Positions 27,172 through 37,283 of a stretch of DNA of 64,000 nt are shown here, in pieces. Under the pieces are notes generated by a model. It was not told the DNA's origin. It made no database searches and saw only the letters and a program-made list of their open reading frames with translations. Numbering within the stretch: the stretch's first letter is position 1; each line of letters opens with the position of its first letter. The stretch is taken from NCBI GenBank assembly GCA_033764015.1, contig JANRJK010000014.1:1-64000 (forward strand), given 5' to 3'. A program made the translations under genes and the position numbers. Source of the stretch: Candidatus Sumerlaeia bacterium (GTDB taxonomy: Bacteria; Sumerlaeota; Sumerlaeia; SLMS01; JANRJK01).

Positions 27172-29934
27172 TCAGCCGGTCGTCCGCTCGCCGGACGCGA
27201 TGGCGTTGATCGACAGGAGGAGCGGCGGGAGCAGTTCCGCCGCTCCTTTTTCGTCACCGGCGGAGCGGGCCGCGCGCCACGCGCGGAGCAGCCCGACCTG
27301 GTGCGTGTGAAGCCGGCGGAGGCCCGCGTCGCGGAGCGCCACGGTGCGGATCATGCGCGGACGGCGCTCCGCGCGCGAGCGGTGGAACACCCGGTCGATC
27401 ATCGCGCCGGCCAGCCGCCACTCGTCCTCGATCCGCCCGTGGATCGCTGCGCGCACGGCCTCGTCGGGCACCAGCGCGGCGTACTCGCCGGCGATTTCGA
27501 GCGAGGCGGAGGCGAGGCTGGTTTCGACGTTGTAGAGCACATTCCGCAGGAACGGCCAGAGGCGCCCCTTCTCCATGAGCGAGGCGAATAGCGAGGGCTG
27601 CTCGCGCTCGAGGTGGGCTAGGCCTGAGCCGAGGCCGTACCAGCCGGGCAGGTAATGGCGGGACTGGTTCCAGCTGAAGACCCACGGGATCGCGCGCAGG
27701 TCTTCGAGCGTGCGGCGCGAGGTCCGCCGCGCGGGGCGCGAGCCGATGGTGCTGTGCTCGAGCGCGTCGATCGGCGTGGCGTGGCTATAGTAGTCGATGA
27801 AGCCGGGGGCCTCGATGAGTTCCCGGTAGGCGCGCGTGCTCGCGGCGGCGAGCGCCTCCATGGCGGGCGCCAGCTCCGCGTCCAGCGGCGACGGCGGACC
27901 CGCGTGGCGCAGCGTCGCGGCGGTGACGCCGGAGAGGAGCAGCTCGAGGTTGTACGTGCAGGTGATCAGATTGGCGTAGTTCTGCGCGACCGTTTCGCCC
28001 TGCTCCGTCATGCGGAATCCGCCGGCGAGGGAGCCGTGCGCGAGGGCGCCCAGGAAGCGGTGGAGCGGACCGGCGCCGCGGCTGGTGGTGCCGCCGCGCC
28101 CATGGAAGAAGCGGGGCAGCGCGCCGGCTTCGCGCGCGGCTTCGGCCAATTCGCTCTGCGCGCGGTTCAGCCCCCACTGCGCGGCGACGATGCCGCCGTC
28201 CTTGTTGCTGTCGCTGTAGCCCACCATGAGCTGGACGACGGGCTCGCCGGAGCGCGCGCGCGGGAGGCTTCGGGCCGTGACCGGGTGCGCGAGGAAACCG
28301 CGCAGCACCGCGGGGCTCCGGCGCAGGTCGCCCACGGTTTCGAAAAGCGGCACTACGGGGAGCAGGCAGCGCAGCCCCTCCGGCGTGGACTGGACCAGGC
28401 CCACCTCGCGCTGGAAAAGGTACACCACTAGGAGGTCCGACACGTCGCGTGTCATGCTGACGATGTAGGAGCCGACGCCCTCGCCGCCATGCTTCTCCCA
28501 GTGTTCGGCGACGACCGCCAGCGCGCCCAGGACGGAACGCGCCTCCTCGCCGAGCTCGGCCCGGCGCGGCAGGAAGGGGCGGCGCGAGAGCAGTTCCTCT
28601 TCGAGGAAGGCGAGCCGCATCTCCTCGTTCCAGCGCGAGTAGCCCTCCTCCGCGACGCCCGAGGCGGCGAGGATCTGCTCCATCGCGCGGTCGTGGAACG
28701 CGCTGTTCTGCCGCAGGTCGAGCGAGGCGAGGTGCAGGCCGAAGGTGTCGAAGACCCGTTGGACGGGTTGGACGGATCCCCGGGCGAGGCGGCGGGCGCC
28801 GACCGCGACCAGCGTGTCGTCGAGGAGCTGGAGGTCCGCGGAGAGCTCCTCGCGCATGGTGTAGCCATCCGCGGCGACGCGGGCGCGCAGCAGGAGCGCG
28901 GCCTGGCGCCAGGGCTCGCCCGCGTGGCGCGCGGCGGCGTCGCGCTCCGGCGCGGGGATGAGCGCCGCCAGCTCCTCGATGCGCGCGGTCAGCGCCTCCG
29001 GCACCGGCTGCAGGTGCGCGGAAAGCGTCAGGCGCGCGGCGAGCTGCTCGAGCTGCCGCTCCAGGACGATGCGCGCCTCGGACCGCAGGCGCGCCAGCGT
29101 CGAGCGCGTGACCTCCGGCGTCACGAGCGGGTGCCCGTCGCGGTCGCCACCCACCCAGGTGCCGAAGCCGAGCCGCGGGCGCGCCTCCCGCGCGGCCACC
29201 AGCGGGCTCCCCCAGCCGAGCGCCTCCCACGCCTGGTCGAGGCGTTGGTCGACCTTTCCGAGCGCGGCGGGGAAGACTTCACGCAGATAATGCAGCGCGT
29301 TTTCAAGTTCCGAGAGCACGTCGGGCTTCTCGAGGTAGGTTTCGCCGGTGCGCCAGAGCCGTTCGAGGGTCTCGCGGATTTCGCGGTGGATCTCCTCGCG
29401 CTCCGCGTGGGTCCACATGCGGTTCTCGAGGGAGACCAGGTGCAGGTAAAGTTGCCGGTGCAAGGCGAGGACGGTGGGGCGCTTCGCCTCGGTGGGGTGC
29501 GCGGTGAGCACCGGCTCGACGTGGACGTCGCGGAGCGCGGCGGCGATCCGGTCCGGGGTGTGGCCGGCGCGGCGGAGTTCCTCGAGGTTGTAGCGCCAGA
29601 GGCCCGGCTCGCCGCGTTCGGAGGGGAGCGCCTCGCGGGCGCGGCGCATCTGGGCGGCGGTGTTCTCCTCGACGAGGTTGAGGAGCTGGAAGGCGATGGA
29701 GAGGACCTGCAGCTCGCGGGTCGATCCCGGGGCGGCGAGCGGCGGCTCGCCGGGCGCGGGGTCGCGGAGGACCAGGTCGACGCAGCCTGCGAGGCGGTCC
29801 TCGCCGAGCTCGCGGAGGACGCGGGCGAAGTGTTCGAGCAGCATCCGGTAGTCGCGCCCGATCTTGTCGAAGGCGGCGGCCCACAGGACATCGGAGGTGG
29901 CTGCGGCGTTGGACGCCGGGTCGGTGGTTTCCAC
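27172..29934 (-). CDS. ppc: Phosphoenolpyruvate carboxylase
   Basis: VLTAHPTE, WVGGDRDG, PLFET, GYSDSNKDGG, FHGRGG, TEQGE, LRAIPWVFSWNQ; start estimated at GTG 29934. Confidence 0.96.
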   Translation of the reverse strand: METTDPASNAAATSDVLWAAAFDKIGRDYRMLLEHFARVLRELGEDRLAGCVDLVLRDPAPGEPPLAAPGSTRELQVLSIAFQLLNLVEENTAAQMRRAREALPSERGEPGLWRYNLEELRRAGHTPDRIAAALRDVHVEPVLTAHPTEAKRPTVLALHRQLYLHLVSLENRMWTHAEREEIHREIRETLERLWRTGETYLEKPDVLSELENALHYLREVFPAALGKVDQRLDQAWEALGWGSPLVAAREARPRLGFGTWVGGDRDGHPLVTPEVTRSTLARLRSEARIVLERQLEQLAARLTLSAHLQPVPEALTARIEELAALIPAPERDAAARHAGEPWRQAALLLRARVAADGYTMREELSADLQLLDDTLVAVGARRLARGSVQPVQRVFDTFGLHLASLDLRQNSAFHDRAMEQILAASGVAEEGYSRWNEEMRLAFLEEELLSRRPFLPRRAELGEEARSVLGALAVVAEHWEKHGGEGVGSYIVSMTRDVSDLLVVYLFQREVGLVQSTPEGLRCLLPVVPLFETVGDLRRSPAVLRGFLAHPVTARSLPRARSGEPVVQLMVGYSDSNKDGGIVAAQWGLNRAQSELAEAAREAGALPRFFHGRGGTTSRGAGPLHRFLGALAHGSLAGGFRMTEQGETVAQNYANLITCTYNLELLLSGVTAATLRHAGPPSPLDAELAPAMEALAAASTRAYRELIEAPGFIDYYSHATPIDALEHSTIGSRPARRTSRRTLEDLRAIPWVFSWNQSRHYLPGWYGLGSGLAHLEREQPSLFASLMEKGRLWPFLRNVLYNVETSLASASLEIAGEYAALVPDEAVRAAIHGRIEDEWRLAGAMIDRVFHRSRAERRPRMIRTVALRDAGLRRLHTHQVGLLRAWRAARSAGDEKGAAELLPPLLLSINAIASGERTTG

Positions 29935-30091
29935 GGGGCGCTCGCGTTGGCGGATTCGCTTCGGCGCGATGCTGGCGGGCCGGGGGGAGGGAGGCAACCG
30001 CGTTGCTCCCCACCCGTTTGCCCTTGAGGGACCCGGCGCCGGGGCGGGACCATGCGGTTGTCGCGGCGCACCGCACCGAACGCGCCGCCCC

Positions 30092-31267
30092 ATGGAGAGC
30101 CGCACCGTGAGCATCGCACGCCGCAAGACCCGCCAAGTCCGTGTCGGAAACGTTCCGATCGGCGGCGGGGCGCCGATCAGCGTCCAGACCATGACGAAGA
30201 CCGACACCCGGAACGTCGCCGCCACGCTGGCGCAGCTCCACGACCTCCACAAGGCGGGCGTCGACATCGTCCGCCTCGCCTGCCCGGACCAGAAGGCCGC
30301 CAACGCCTTCCACGACATCATCAAGGAGTCGCCGGTCCCGATCATCGCGGACATCCACTTCGACTACCGCATGGCGCTGATCGTCCTCGAAGCCGGCGTG
30401 CAGGGCATCCGCCTCAACCCGGGCAACCTGGCGCGCAAGGACATGCTGCCCGAGATCGTCGCCCGCTGCCGCGAGCGCATGGTTCCGATCCGCATCGGCG
30501 TCAACAACGGCAGCCTCCGCATGGATCTGCGCAAGAAGGTGTTCGCCGGCGAGCTCGACACCGCCGACGCGATGGTCGAGTCCGCGCTTGATGAGATCAA
30601 ACTTATCGAGGACTGTGGCTACGGCGAGATCAAGGTCTCGCTGAAGGCCTCCGACGTGCTCACCACGGTGCGGGCCTACCGCGCGATGGCGGACCGCTCC
30701 GATGTCCCCTTCCACGTCGGACTCACCGAGTCCGGCACGGTGCGCGCCGGCACGATCAAGTCCGCCATGGCGATCGGGGCGCTCCTGCTGGACGGGCTGT
30801 GCGACACGATCCGCGTCTCGCTCACCGGCGACTCGAAGGAGGAGGTGTACGTCGGGAAGAAGATGCTGGCGAACCTCGGCCTTCGCGACGCCGGCCCGAA
30901 CCTGATCTCGTGCCCGAGCTGCGGGCGCGTCGAGATCGCGCTCGAGAAGGCGGCGCTCGCGGTCGAGGAGCGCCTTGTGCGCGACTACGCGAAGGAGAAC
31001 ATCTCGGTCTCCGTGATGGGCTGCGCGGTGAACGGCCCCGGAGAGGGCCAGATCTCCGACTTCGGCATCGCGGGCGGCCGCGGACGCGGCGCCATCTACC
31101 GCCTCGGCAAGGTGGTGCGCGGCTGCGACGAAAGCGAGATGGTGGACGTGCTCTTCCAGGAGATCGACAAGTGGATCGCCTCCGGCCGTCCGCACGAGGA
31201 GGTCGATCCCGCGGTCTACGAGGCGGTGCTGAACGCGAAGCCGATGAACGAGACCGCGGAGGTGTGA
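30092..31267 (+). CDS. ispG: (E)-4-hydroxy-3-methylbut-2-enyl-diphosphate synthase
   Basis: ISVQTMT, IADIHF, RLNPGN, RIGVNNGSL, DTIRVSL, SCPSCGR, MGCAVNGPGE. Confidence 0.97.
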   Translation: MESRTVSIARRKTRQVRVGNVPIGGGAPISVQTMTKTDTRNVAATLAQLHDLHKAGVDIVRLACPDQKAANAFHDIIKESPVPIIADIHFDYRMALIVLEAGVQGIRLNPGNLARKDMLPEIVARCRERMVPIRIGVNNGSLRMDLRKKVFAGELDTADAMVESALDEIKLIEDCGYGEIKVSLKASDVLTTVRAYRAMADRSDVPFHVGLTESGTVRAGTIKSAMAIGALLLDGLCDTIRVSLTGDSKEEVYVGKKMLANLGLRDAGPNLISCPSCGRVEIALEKAALAVEERLVRDYAKENISVSVMGCAVNGPGEGQISDFGIAGGRGRGAIYRLGKVVRGCDESEMVDVLFQEIDKWIASGRPHEEVDPAVYEAVLNAKPMNETAEV

Positions 31268-31339
31268 GCGGGAGGCTTGCGTTGCGCGGCGCCCCGGCGT
31301 AGAAGGACTATACGATACCCCGCCGACGGCGCCCGAAAC

Positions 31340-31639
31340 TTGGAACTCACCATCGAAGGCAACCGGACCCGCGTGACGGTTTCCGTTCGCGGGCGCCTCA
31401 CAGGGCGCAATTGCGAGGACCTCCGCGCGGCCGCCGCCAGCGCGGTCGAGGAGCGCCGCCAGATCGCGCTCGACCTGGGCGGCGTCACGGAAGTGGACGA
31501 GGCCCTGGTGGGTCTCCTCGTCGAGGTGCGCGCGCTGGCCGAGGCGCAGGGCGGCAACCTGGTGATCGAGTCGCCCAGCGCATGCGTCCTCGAGGCGCTC
31601 CGCGAGTCCGGCCTCGACGGCCTCTTCGGCCTGGGCTGA
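31340..31639 (+). CDS. STAS domain protein (anti-sigma factor antagonist-like)
   Basis: VRGRL, IALDLGGVTEVD, GGNLVI, SGLDGLF; TTG start. Confidence 0.8.
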   Translation: MELTIEGNRTRVTVSVRGRLTGRNCEDLRAAAASAVEERRQIALDLGGVTEVDEALVGLLVEVRALAEAQGGNLVIESPSACVLEALRESGLDGLFGLG

Positions 31640-31650
31640 CCGCGCGGCGG

Positions 31651-32862
31651 ATGCGTGTCCTTGTCCTGAACCACAACCTGGTGGAGCGCGGCACGTACTT
31701 CCGCGCGCTCATGACGGCGAAGGAGTTCCACCGCCGCGGCCACGATGTGACGTTCGCCACCACGGGCCCGCAGTACTATCGCGCGGTGCGAGCGCCTGCG
31801 AGGCCGCGCTGGCGCGGCGTGCGCACCGCGAACTGGACCCCGTTCGCTGGCGTCGAGGAAGCGCTCTTCCCGCTCGGGCTCGCGCAGCGCCTGGTGCTGG
31901 CGGCGGAGCGCCACGACCTAGTCTACGCCTTCGTCCACAAGCCGGTGGACCACTTTCCTGCGCGGCTGGCGCGCGCCCGGGGCGCCTTCTGGCTGCAGGA
32001 CTGGTGCGATCTGTGGTCCTCCAACGGCGGCCTCTACGACATGAGCCAGTGGCCCGAGCCCCACCCCGACTGGACGCGCGACGGGCGACGCCACGCGCAC
32101 CGCGCGCTGCAGCGCTGGGAGGAGCGCCTCGAGGAACGCTCCGCCCGCGACGCCGACGCGGTGACGATCATCTCCTCCTGGATGCGCGGCGAAACTCGCC
32201 GGCTCGGTGTGCCGGACGACCGCGTGCACCTGTACGGCTCCGGCGCCGACACGCGCCGCGTCGCGGTGCTCGACAAGGTCGCCAGCCGCGTGCGGCTCGG
32301 CGTGCCCGCGCAGGCGCCGATGCTCGGCTACGCGGCGAACTACTCGCATGACAGCATGATGCTCGAGGAGGCGCTCGAGCGGGTCTGGCGCGCCCGCCCG
32401 GACGCGTTCTTCCTCACCGCGGGGCCGCGCTTCTGGCGCGATGGCGGGCCGATCGCGCGCGCGCTCGCGGAGGGCCGCGCCATGGACCGCGGCCGCGTGC
32501 CGTTCAGCGAAATCCCCGCGGTGCTCGGCGCGTCGGACGCGCTCGTGCTCCCGATGCGCGACACGCGGTTCAACTGGAGTCGCTGGCCGCACAAGTTCGG
32601 CGACTACCTCGCGGCGGGGCGCCCCGTCGCGATCACGCGGATCGGCGACTGCGCGCGCGACGTCGAGGAGCACCGGCTGGGAGCGGTCGGGGCGCCGACC
32701 GCGGATGGGCTCGCGGCGGCGTTGCTCGACGTGCTGGCGCGACGCGACGAGTGGGCGGCGATGGGAGCGCGCGCGCGGCGGTTGGCGGAGACCAGCCATT
32801 CGTGGCCTGCGCGCTTCGAGGGGTTGGCGGATTTCCTGCGGGGGAAGGGGCTTCCGGTTTAG
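31651..32862 (+). CDS. Glycosyltransferase family 4
   Basis: MRVLVL start, DWCDLW, SDALVLP, PHKFGDYLAAGRPV, HSW. Confidence 0.88.
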   Translation: MRVLVLNHNLVERGTYFRALMTAKEFHRRGHDVTFATTGPQYYRAVRAPARPRWRGVRTANWTPFAGVEEALFPLGLAQRLVLAAERHDLVYAFVHKPVDHFPARLARARGAFWLQDWCDLWSSNGGLYDMSQWPEPHPDWTRDGRRHAHRALQRWEERLEERSARDADAVTIISSWMRGETRRLGVPDDRVHLYGSGADTRRVAVLDKVASRVRLGVPAQAPMLGYAANYSHDSMMLEEALERVWRARPDAFFLTAGPRFWRDGGPIARALAEGRAMDRGRVPFSEIPAVLGASDALVLPMRDTRFNWSRWPHKFGDYLAAGRPVAITRIGDCARDVEEHRLGAVGAPTADGLAAALLDVLARRDEWAAMGARARRLAETSHSWPARFEGLADFLRGKGLPV

Positions 32863-33926
32863 GAGAGCGGCTCGCTCTCGTGCGAGTCGGTCCCGCCATC
32901 CGCCGCCGCCGCCGCGGCCGCAGCGGCGGCAGCGCCCTCGTTGGACGACTTCAAGTCCGCGTCGTCGTAGCAGACCCGGTTTCTCCCGAGATCCTTCGCG
33001 CGGTAGAGCTGTTCGTCGGAACGGCGGAAGAGTGTGTCGACGGTGTCGCCGGAGCGGAATTCGGCGACGCCGATGCTCGCGGTGAGGCGGATCGTCTTGT
33101 TGCCGAGGACAAGGTCGGAGGACTCCATGGTGCTACGGACGCGTTCGGCCAGGCGGATCGCGTCGTCGATACGCGTGTCCGGAAGGGCGACGGCGAACTC
33201 CTCGCCGCCCCAGCGGGCGACCAGATCCGAGTCGCGGCAGGTGACGCGGAGGATGCGGGCGAGGAACTTGAGCGCCTCGTCGCCGCAGTCGTGGCCGTAG
33301 GTGTCGTTCACGCGCTTGAAGTAGTCGGCGTCGATGAGCAGGAAGCTTAGGGGCACGCGCGCGCGCTGGGCGCGGGCCAAGTGCGAGCGCAGCAGCGCCA
33401 GGAGCTGCCGGCGGTTGTCGAGGCCGGTCAGCGAATCTCGCGTCGCGGACTCGTAGAGGGACTCCTCGTGCCGCAGCTCCGCCTCGTCACGGAGGAAGTA
33501 GCCGAGGACGGTGCGCCCGATGGTGATGCGGTCGCGCTCCTGCAGGCGGACCGTCTGGTTCGAGATGCGGCGCCCGTTGATCTCGGTGCCGTTGCGGCTG
33601 CCGAGGTCCTCGATGAAGCAGCGGGGGACGAGGTTCGCGCGGTCGTGGTTCTCGTAGGTGATGCGCGCATGGGCGCGCGAGCAGCCCGTGTCCGAGATGC
33701 GGAAGTCGGCGTTGCCGCCGCGCCCGATCACCGTCGTCAGCTTCGTCAGCGGAATGTGCGCGCCGCGGCTGGGGCCCGCGATGCCGATCAGGACGGGGCG
33801 GAAGATGGAGGGGCCGAAGGCGCCCGAACTGCCGCTGCGCACCGACGACAGGGCGCCCGATTCGGTTCGCTCAGCGGCTTCATAGGACGAGTCGTTGGTC
33901 GATTCTTCGACGTTCCGCTTGGTCAC
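32859..33926 (-). CDS. FHA-domain diguanylate cyclase
   Basis: FHA IGR..SRAH..DLGSRNGT; DSLTGL, DADYFKRVND, I-site RDSD, GGEEF. Start uncertain (33926 or 33998). Confidence 0.92.
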   Translation of the reverse strand: MTKRNVEESTNDSSYEAAERTESGALSSVRSGSSGAFGPSIFRPVLIGIAGPSRGAHIPLTKLTTVIGRGGNADFRISDTGCSRAHARITYENHDRANLVPRCFIEDLGSRNGTEINGRRISNQTVRLQERDRITIGRTVLGYFLRDEAELRHEESLYESATRDSLTGLDNRRQLLALLRSHLARAQRARVPLSFLLIDADYFKRVNDTYGHDCGDEALKFLARILRVTCRDSDLVARWGGEEFAVALPDTRIDDAIRLAERVRSTMESSDLVLGNKTIRLTASIGVAEFRSGDTVDTLFRRSDEQLYRAKDLGRNRVCYDDADLKSSNEGAAAAAAAAAAADGGTDSHESEPLS

Positions 33927-34090
33927 GGGCCTGCTGGTGGGTTCACCGGTCCTTGGTTTCGAATCGCGAGTAGACGGTGGACGGGGAGCAACCGTCAAGA
34001 GGCAAAGCGCCGTATATCCGGCACCCGAACCCGGGGAACCCCGCAGAAGAATGTCGGGGAGATTGCGGAGACGCTAGCGGTGGGAGCGCC

Positions 34091-34792
34091 CTACTCGCTC
34101 GCGCGGCGCCCGAAAATCAGGTCTGTGGCGAAGTACGCGACCGACGCCCAGGACAGGAATCCAAGAAGGAACAGGAGCGTGCGCCCGAAAAAGTCGAGCT
34201 CCTTGAAGAAGTCCGGCTGCGGGAGGACCGACGTGGCGACGAACAGGTAGAACACGGCGATCAGCGGCAGGAAGGTGAGCATCAGCAGGGTCGCGACGCG
34301 GAAGCCGCCCTGGATCGCCGAGTTCGGCGCGGCGGCCTTGCGGCCCCCGAGGTCCGGCATCCGGCTAATCGCCAAGTCGACGTCCTCGCCCGAGGCGATG
34401 ACCGGAACAACTTCCTTCTCGAAGGCGGTCTCGACCAGCGTGCGTCCTTCCAGATTCGTGGGGTCCTCCATCGCGACGAGGACACGGCTCGCGCCCTCCA
34501 TCCGAAGGGGAACGAAGCGGTGGCGGCGGCACTGTTCGGAGGAAACGAAGCCGGAGACCTCGGGCCGGGGCGCGATGTCGCGCAGGGAGATGACGTCCAG
34601 CTTGCAGTGGTCGCGCAGGAACTTGAGCTTCTCGCGCTCCGTGAGGACGCCATGCTCGACGAGCATGCGCATGAGGGGGCGCCCGTTGACGGAGGCCTCC
34701 TGTCGCGCGCGCTCCAGTTCGTCCGGCGCGACAAGCCGGGCCGCCAGCAGTCCCTGCTCGAGGCGGTCCAACGCGGGTTTCGGTTCCTTCAT
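34091..34792 (-). CDS. Stand-alone MshEN/GspE N-terminal domain with two C-terminal TM helices
   Basis: RLEQGLLAARLV..L, LVEHGVL, RHRFVPL, VLVAMEDP (as in gspE N-terminus); no ATPase domain. Confidence 0.75.
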   Translation of the reverse strand: MKEPKPALDRLEQGLLAARLVAPDELERARQEASVNGRPLMRMLVEHGVLTEREKLKFLRDHCKLDVISLRDIAPRPEVSGFVSSEQCRRHRFVPLRMEGASRVLVAMEDPTNLEGRTLVETAFEKEVVPVIASGEDVDLAISRMPDLGGRKAAAPNSAIQGGFRVATLLMLTFLPLIAVFYLFVATSVLPQPDFFKELDFFGRTLLFLLGFLSWASVAYFATDLIFGRRASE

Positions 34793-35057
34793 GGTCGCTG
34801 CTCCGCCCATCAACCTGCTCCTCGGCCTGCCCCGGCGGGAGTGTTGGCGTTGCCCTGTTCGACTATGCCATCAAGAGTTCACTTATCTACGCTATAGACC
34901 GTCAACCGGAATGGGGTGGAAATCCGACGATAAAGCGGCATCGGTAGGATCTTGGAGTACGTTGAAGAGGCGAATACTAGACAAAACAGCTCTTGTTTCG
35001 CTTGCATATCGAGCCCCCGCTGGAGAAGCCTCCCAACACCCCCAGCCGGAGGCCGCC

Positions 35058-36176
35058 ATGAGCGACGCCCGCCTCGTCCCACACCTCGGCAAAGCACTCC
35101 GCCGCACCGCGCAGGCCCACCTCCGCGACTGGCTCGGGGCGCCCCCGCGCCCGCTCAAGCTCCGCATGGCGCTCACGAACCGCTGCAACTCGCGCTGCAT
35201 CATGTGCTCGATCTGGAAGTTCCAGGACAACTTCGCGCCGAGCATTCCCGGCGAGACGTCGCCGGACGACATCCGCCGCCTCGGCGAGCGGAGCCGCGAC
35301 TTCTTCTCCGAGCTGAACCACATCAGCCTGACCGGCGGCGAGGCGACGCTGCGCCGGGACCTGGTCGAGCTGCTCCGCGCCGTCGGCGAGGCGTTCCCGG
35401 GGCGCTCCGTCAGCTTGAACACGAACGGCTTCTCGCCGGCGAAGCTCCACCGGATCCTCGACGAGGCGTGCGAGTTCCTCCACGGCATCACGGTGACGAT
35501 CAGCTTGGACGGCATCGGCGCCACGCACGGCGTGGTGCGTGGCATGGGGTCGAAGGTCTACGACGCGGTGCGCGAGAGCATCGACGGCATCGTGGCGCGC
35601 CGCGAGGCCGGGCGGCCGATGGATGTCGAGGTCAACACGGTGATGACGAACGCGAACGCCGACCAGATGGCGCCGGTGCACGCGTTCTGCGCGGAGCGCA
35701 AGATCGCCTGGAACCCCATCTTCGTGATCAAGGGGCAGCTCTACCAGAACCAGAGCGGGCAGGACGACGCGCTGGTGCTTTCGCCGGATTCGCGGCGGCG
35801 CCTCACGGACGACATGCGCGCGATCGCCAAGGCGCGGCCCTCGGTCAAGAACTCCGAGACGCTCCGCCTCCTGGAGGAGGACGGACGGCGCGACTACGAC
35901 TGCTGGGCGGGGCGGCTGCTGCTGCTGATCGAGGAGAACGGCGACGTGTACCCGAACGGCGGCTGCCCGCCGGAGTTCAAGATCGGCAACATGCGCGACA
36001 CGGACTTCGACCTCGGCGCGCTGTTCGCGACGCCGCTGGCCCGCGAGGTGCTGGCGAAGGCGAAGGACTGCCGCGCCTGCGCGATCCCGTGCGAGTACAT
36101 GACGACGCTGCGCTACGCGGAGGCGCTGGAGGGCTGGCGCAAGACGCGCCGGGCGGCGGAGCTGGCGGGGGCCTGA
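35058..36176 (+). CDS. Radical SAM / SPASM protein
   Basis: CNSRCIMC, LTGGE, NTNG, ISLDG; CWAG..NGDVYP..C, CRACAIPC; GGAGG RBS. Confidence 0.88.
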   Translation: MSDARLVPHLGKALRRTAQAHLRDWLGAPPRPLKLRMALTNRCNSRCIMCSIWKFQDNFAPSIPGETSPDDIRRLGERSRDFFSELNHISLTGGEATLRRDLVELLRAVGEAFPGRSVSLNTNGFSPAKLHRILDEACEFLHGITVTISLDGIGATHGVVRGMGSKVYDAVRESIDGIVARREAGRPMDVEVNTVMTNANADQMAPVHAFCAERKIAWNPIFVIKGQLYQNQSGQDDALVLSPDSRRRLTDDMRAIAKARPSVKNSETLRLLEEDGRRDYDCWAGRLLLLIEENGDVYPNGGCPPEFKIGNMRDTDFDLGALFATPLAREVLAKAKDCRACAIPCEYMTTLRYAEALEGWRKTRRAAELAGA

Positions 36177-36208
36177 GAGACCTCAGGGCCCCGCGGAGCG
36201 GCCCGCTC

Positions 36209-36577
36209 TTAGGCGGTGGCCGCAGCTTCGTCCTTCTTCTCGCGCAACGCGATCAGCTTGTTCATGGTGCGCACCACCATGAAGATCGAGAACGCCACGA
36301 TGAGGAAGTCCACCGTGGTGTTGATGAACATGCCGTAGCGGATGGCGACCTCGGCGGTCGTCTCGACGCCGTCCGCGCCAACCTCGGCCGCCTGGATGAT
36401 CAGCTTGAGCTGCTTGAAGTCCACGCCGCCGATCATCAGGCCGAGCGGCGGCATGATGATGTCGTTCACCAGCGAGTTGACGACCTTGGTGAACGCGCCG
36501 CCGACGATGATGCCGACGGCCATATCGACCGCGTTGCCTTTGACGGCGAAGGTTTTGAATTCCTGGACAAGGGACAT
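36209..36577 (-). CDS. mscL: Large-conductance mechanosensitive channel
   Basis: EFKTFAVKGNAVDMAVGIIVGGAF..VNSLVNDIIMP, YGMFI. Confidence 0.96.
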   Translation of the reverse strand: MSLVQEFKTFAVKGNAVDMAVGIIVGGAFTKVVNSLVNDIIMPPLGLMIGGVDFKQLKLIIQAAEVGADGVETTAEVAIRYGMFINTTVDFLIVAFSIFMVVRTMNKLIALREKKDEAAATA

Positions 36578-36791
36578 GGTTGATTCCTGGGGGGCCCGCC
36601 GGGAGGGGCGGGCGCGGGATTCTGCGCGCGTCGCGGGACGCCGCTTCGCAGGATGCCGGTTGGCGTTGCGACAGGTGGTTGTGCGGCGAGGTAGGTGAAG
36701 CGTCAATGCCGACCCCGGCCGGGAAGCGGTTTAGCGCGGCGCGGGGCACTTCGACTTGCCCGCGCCCGGCCCCGACCGAAGCGTTGCGCCC

Positions 36792-37274
36792 ATGGCTCCC
36801 GAACTGCACCGTTTCTCCGACACCGTCCTGCTGCCCGCCTCGATCCACGAGGTCTTCGCCTTCTACACCGATGTGGACAACATGGTGCGGATGCTGAACC
36901 CCTCGCTGTTCGTGAAGGTGCGCCGCGCGGACCGGCCGATGAAGCTGGGCGCCCGCTACGAGTTCGACGTCGGCCCGCGCAACCTCCCCGTCACGATCCG
37001 CTGGTCGTCGGAGATCAGCGCCTTCGCGGCGCCCGCGCTCTTCGAGGACCGCCTGGTGGACGGGCCGTTCTCGCACTGGGTGCACCGGCACGAGCTGGTC
37101 GAGCGCGGCCCCGCGATGACGGAGATCGTCGACACGGTCGAGTTCGGCGCCGCCCGCGGCATGCTGGCGCGGACCGTCAATTCGCTCTTCATCGGCAAGA
37201 ACATCGAGGAGCTGTTCCGCTTCCGGCGCTCGGTCCTCGAGGAGCGCTTCGGCAAGGCGCCCGCCACCGCGTAG
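36792..37274 (+). CDS. SRPBCC (polyketide cyclase-like) family protein
   Basis: VFAF, RWSSEI, FEDRLVDGPFSHWVHRH, IVDTVEF. Confidence 0.85.
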   Translation: MAPELHRFSDTVLLPASIHEVFAFYTDVDNMVRMLNPSLFVKVRRADRPMKLGARYEFDVGPRNLPVTIRWSSEISAFAAPALFEDRLVDGPFSHWVHRHELVERGPAMTEIVDTVEFGAARGMLARTVNSLFIGKNIEELFRFRRSVLEERFGKAPATA

Positions 37275-37283
37275 CCGCGCCGC

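Noticed and set aside
32898..32936. GCC-type repeat at the diguanylate cyclase C-terminus
   Set aside because: Simple poly-Ala low-complexity tail.
34820..35040. AT-richer intergenic region as ncRNA or riboswitch
   Set aside because: No recognisable riboswitch motif or strong stems; adequately explained as a divergent promoter region.
35058..36176. Radical SAM/SPASM as a RiPP maturase
   Set aside because: No precursor peptide, RRE/PqqD domain, peptidase or exporter recognisable nearby.
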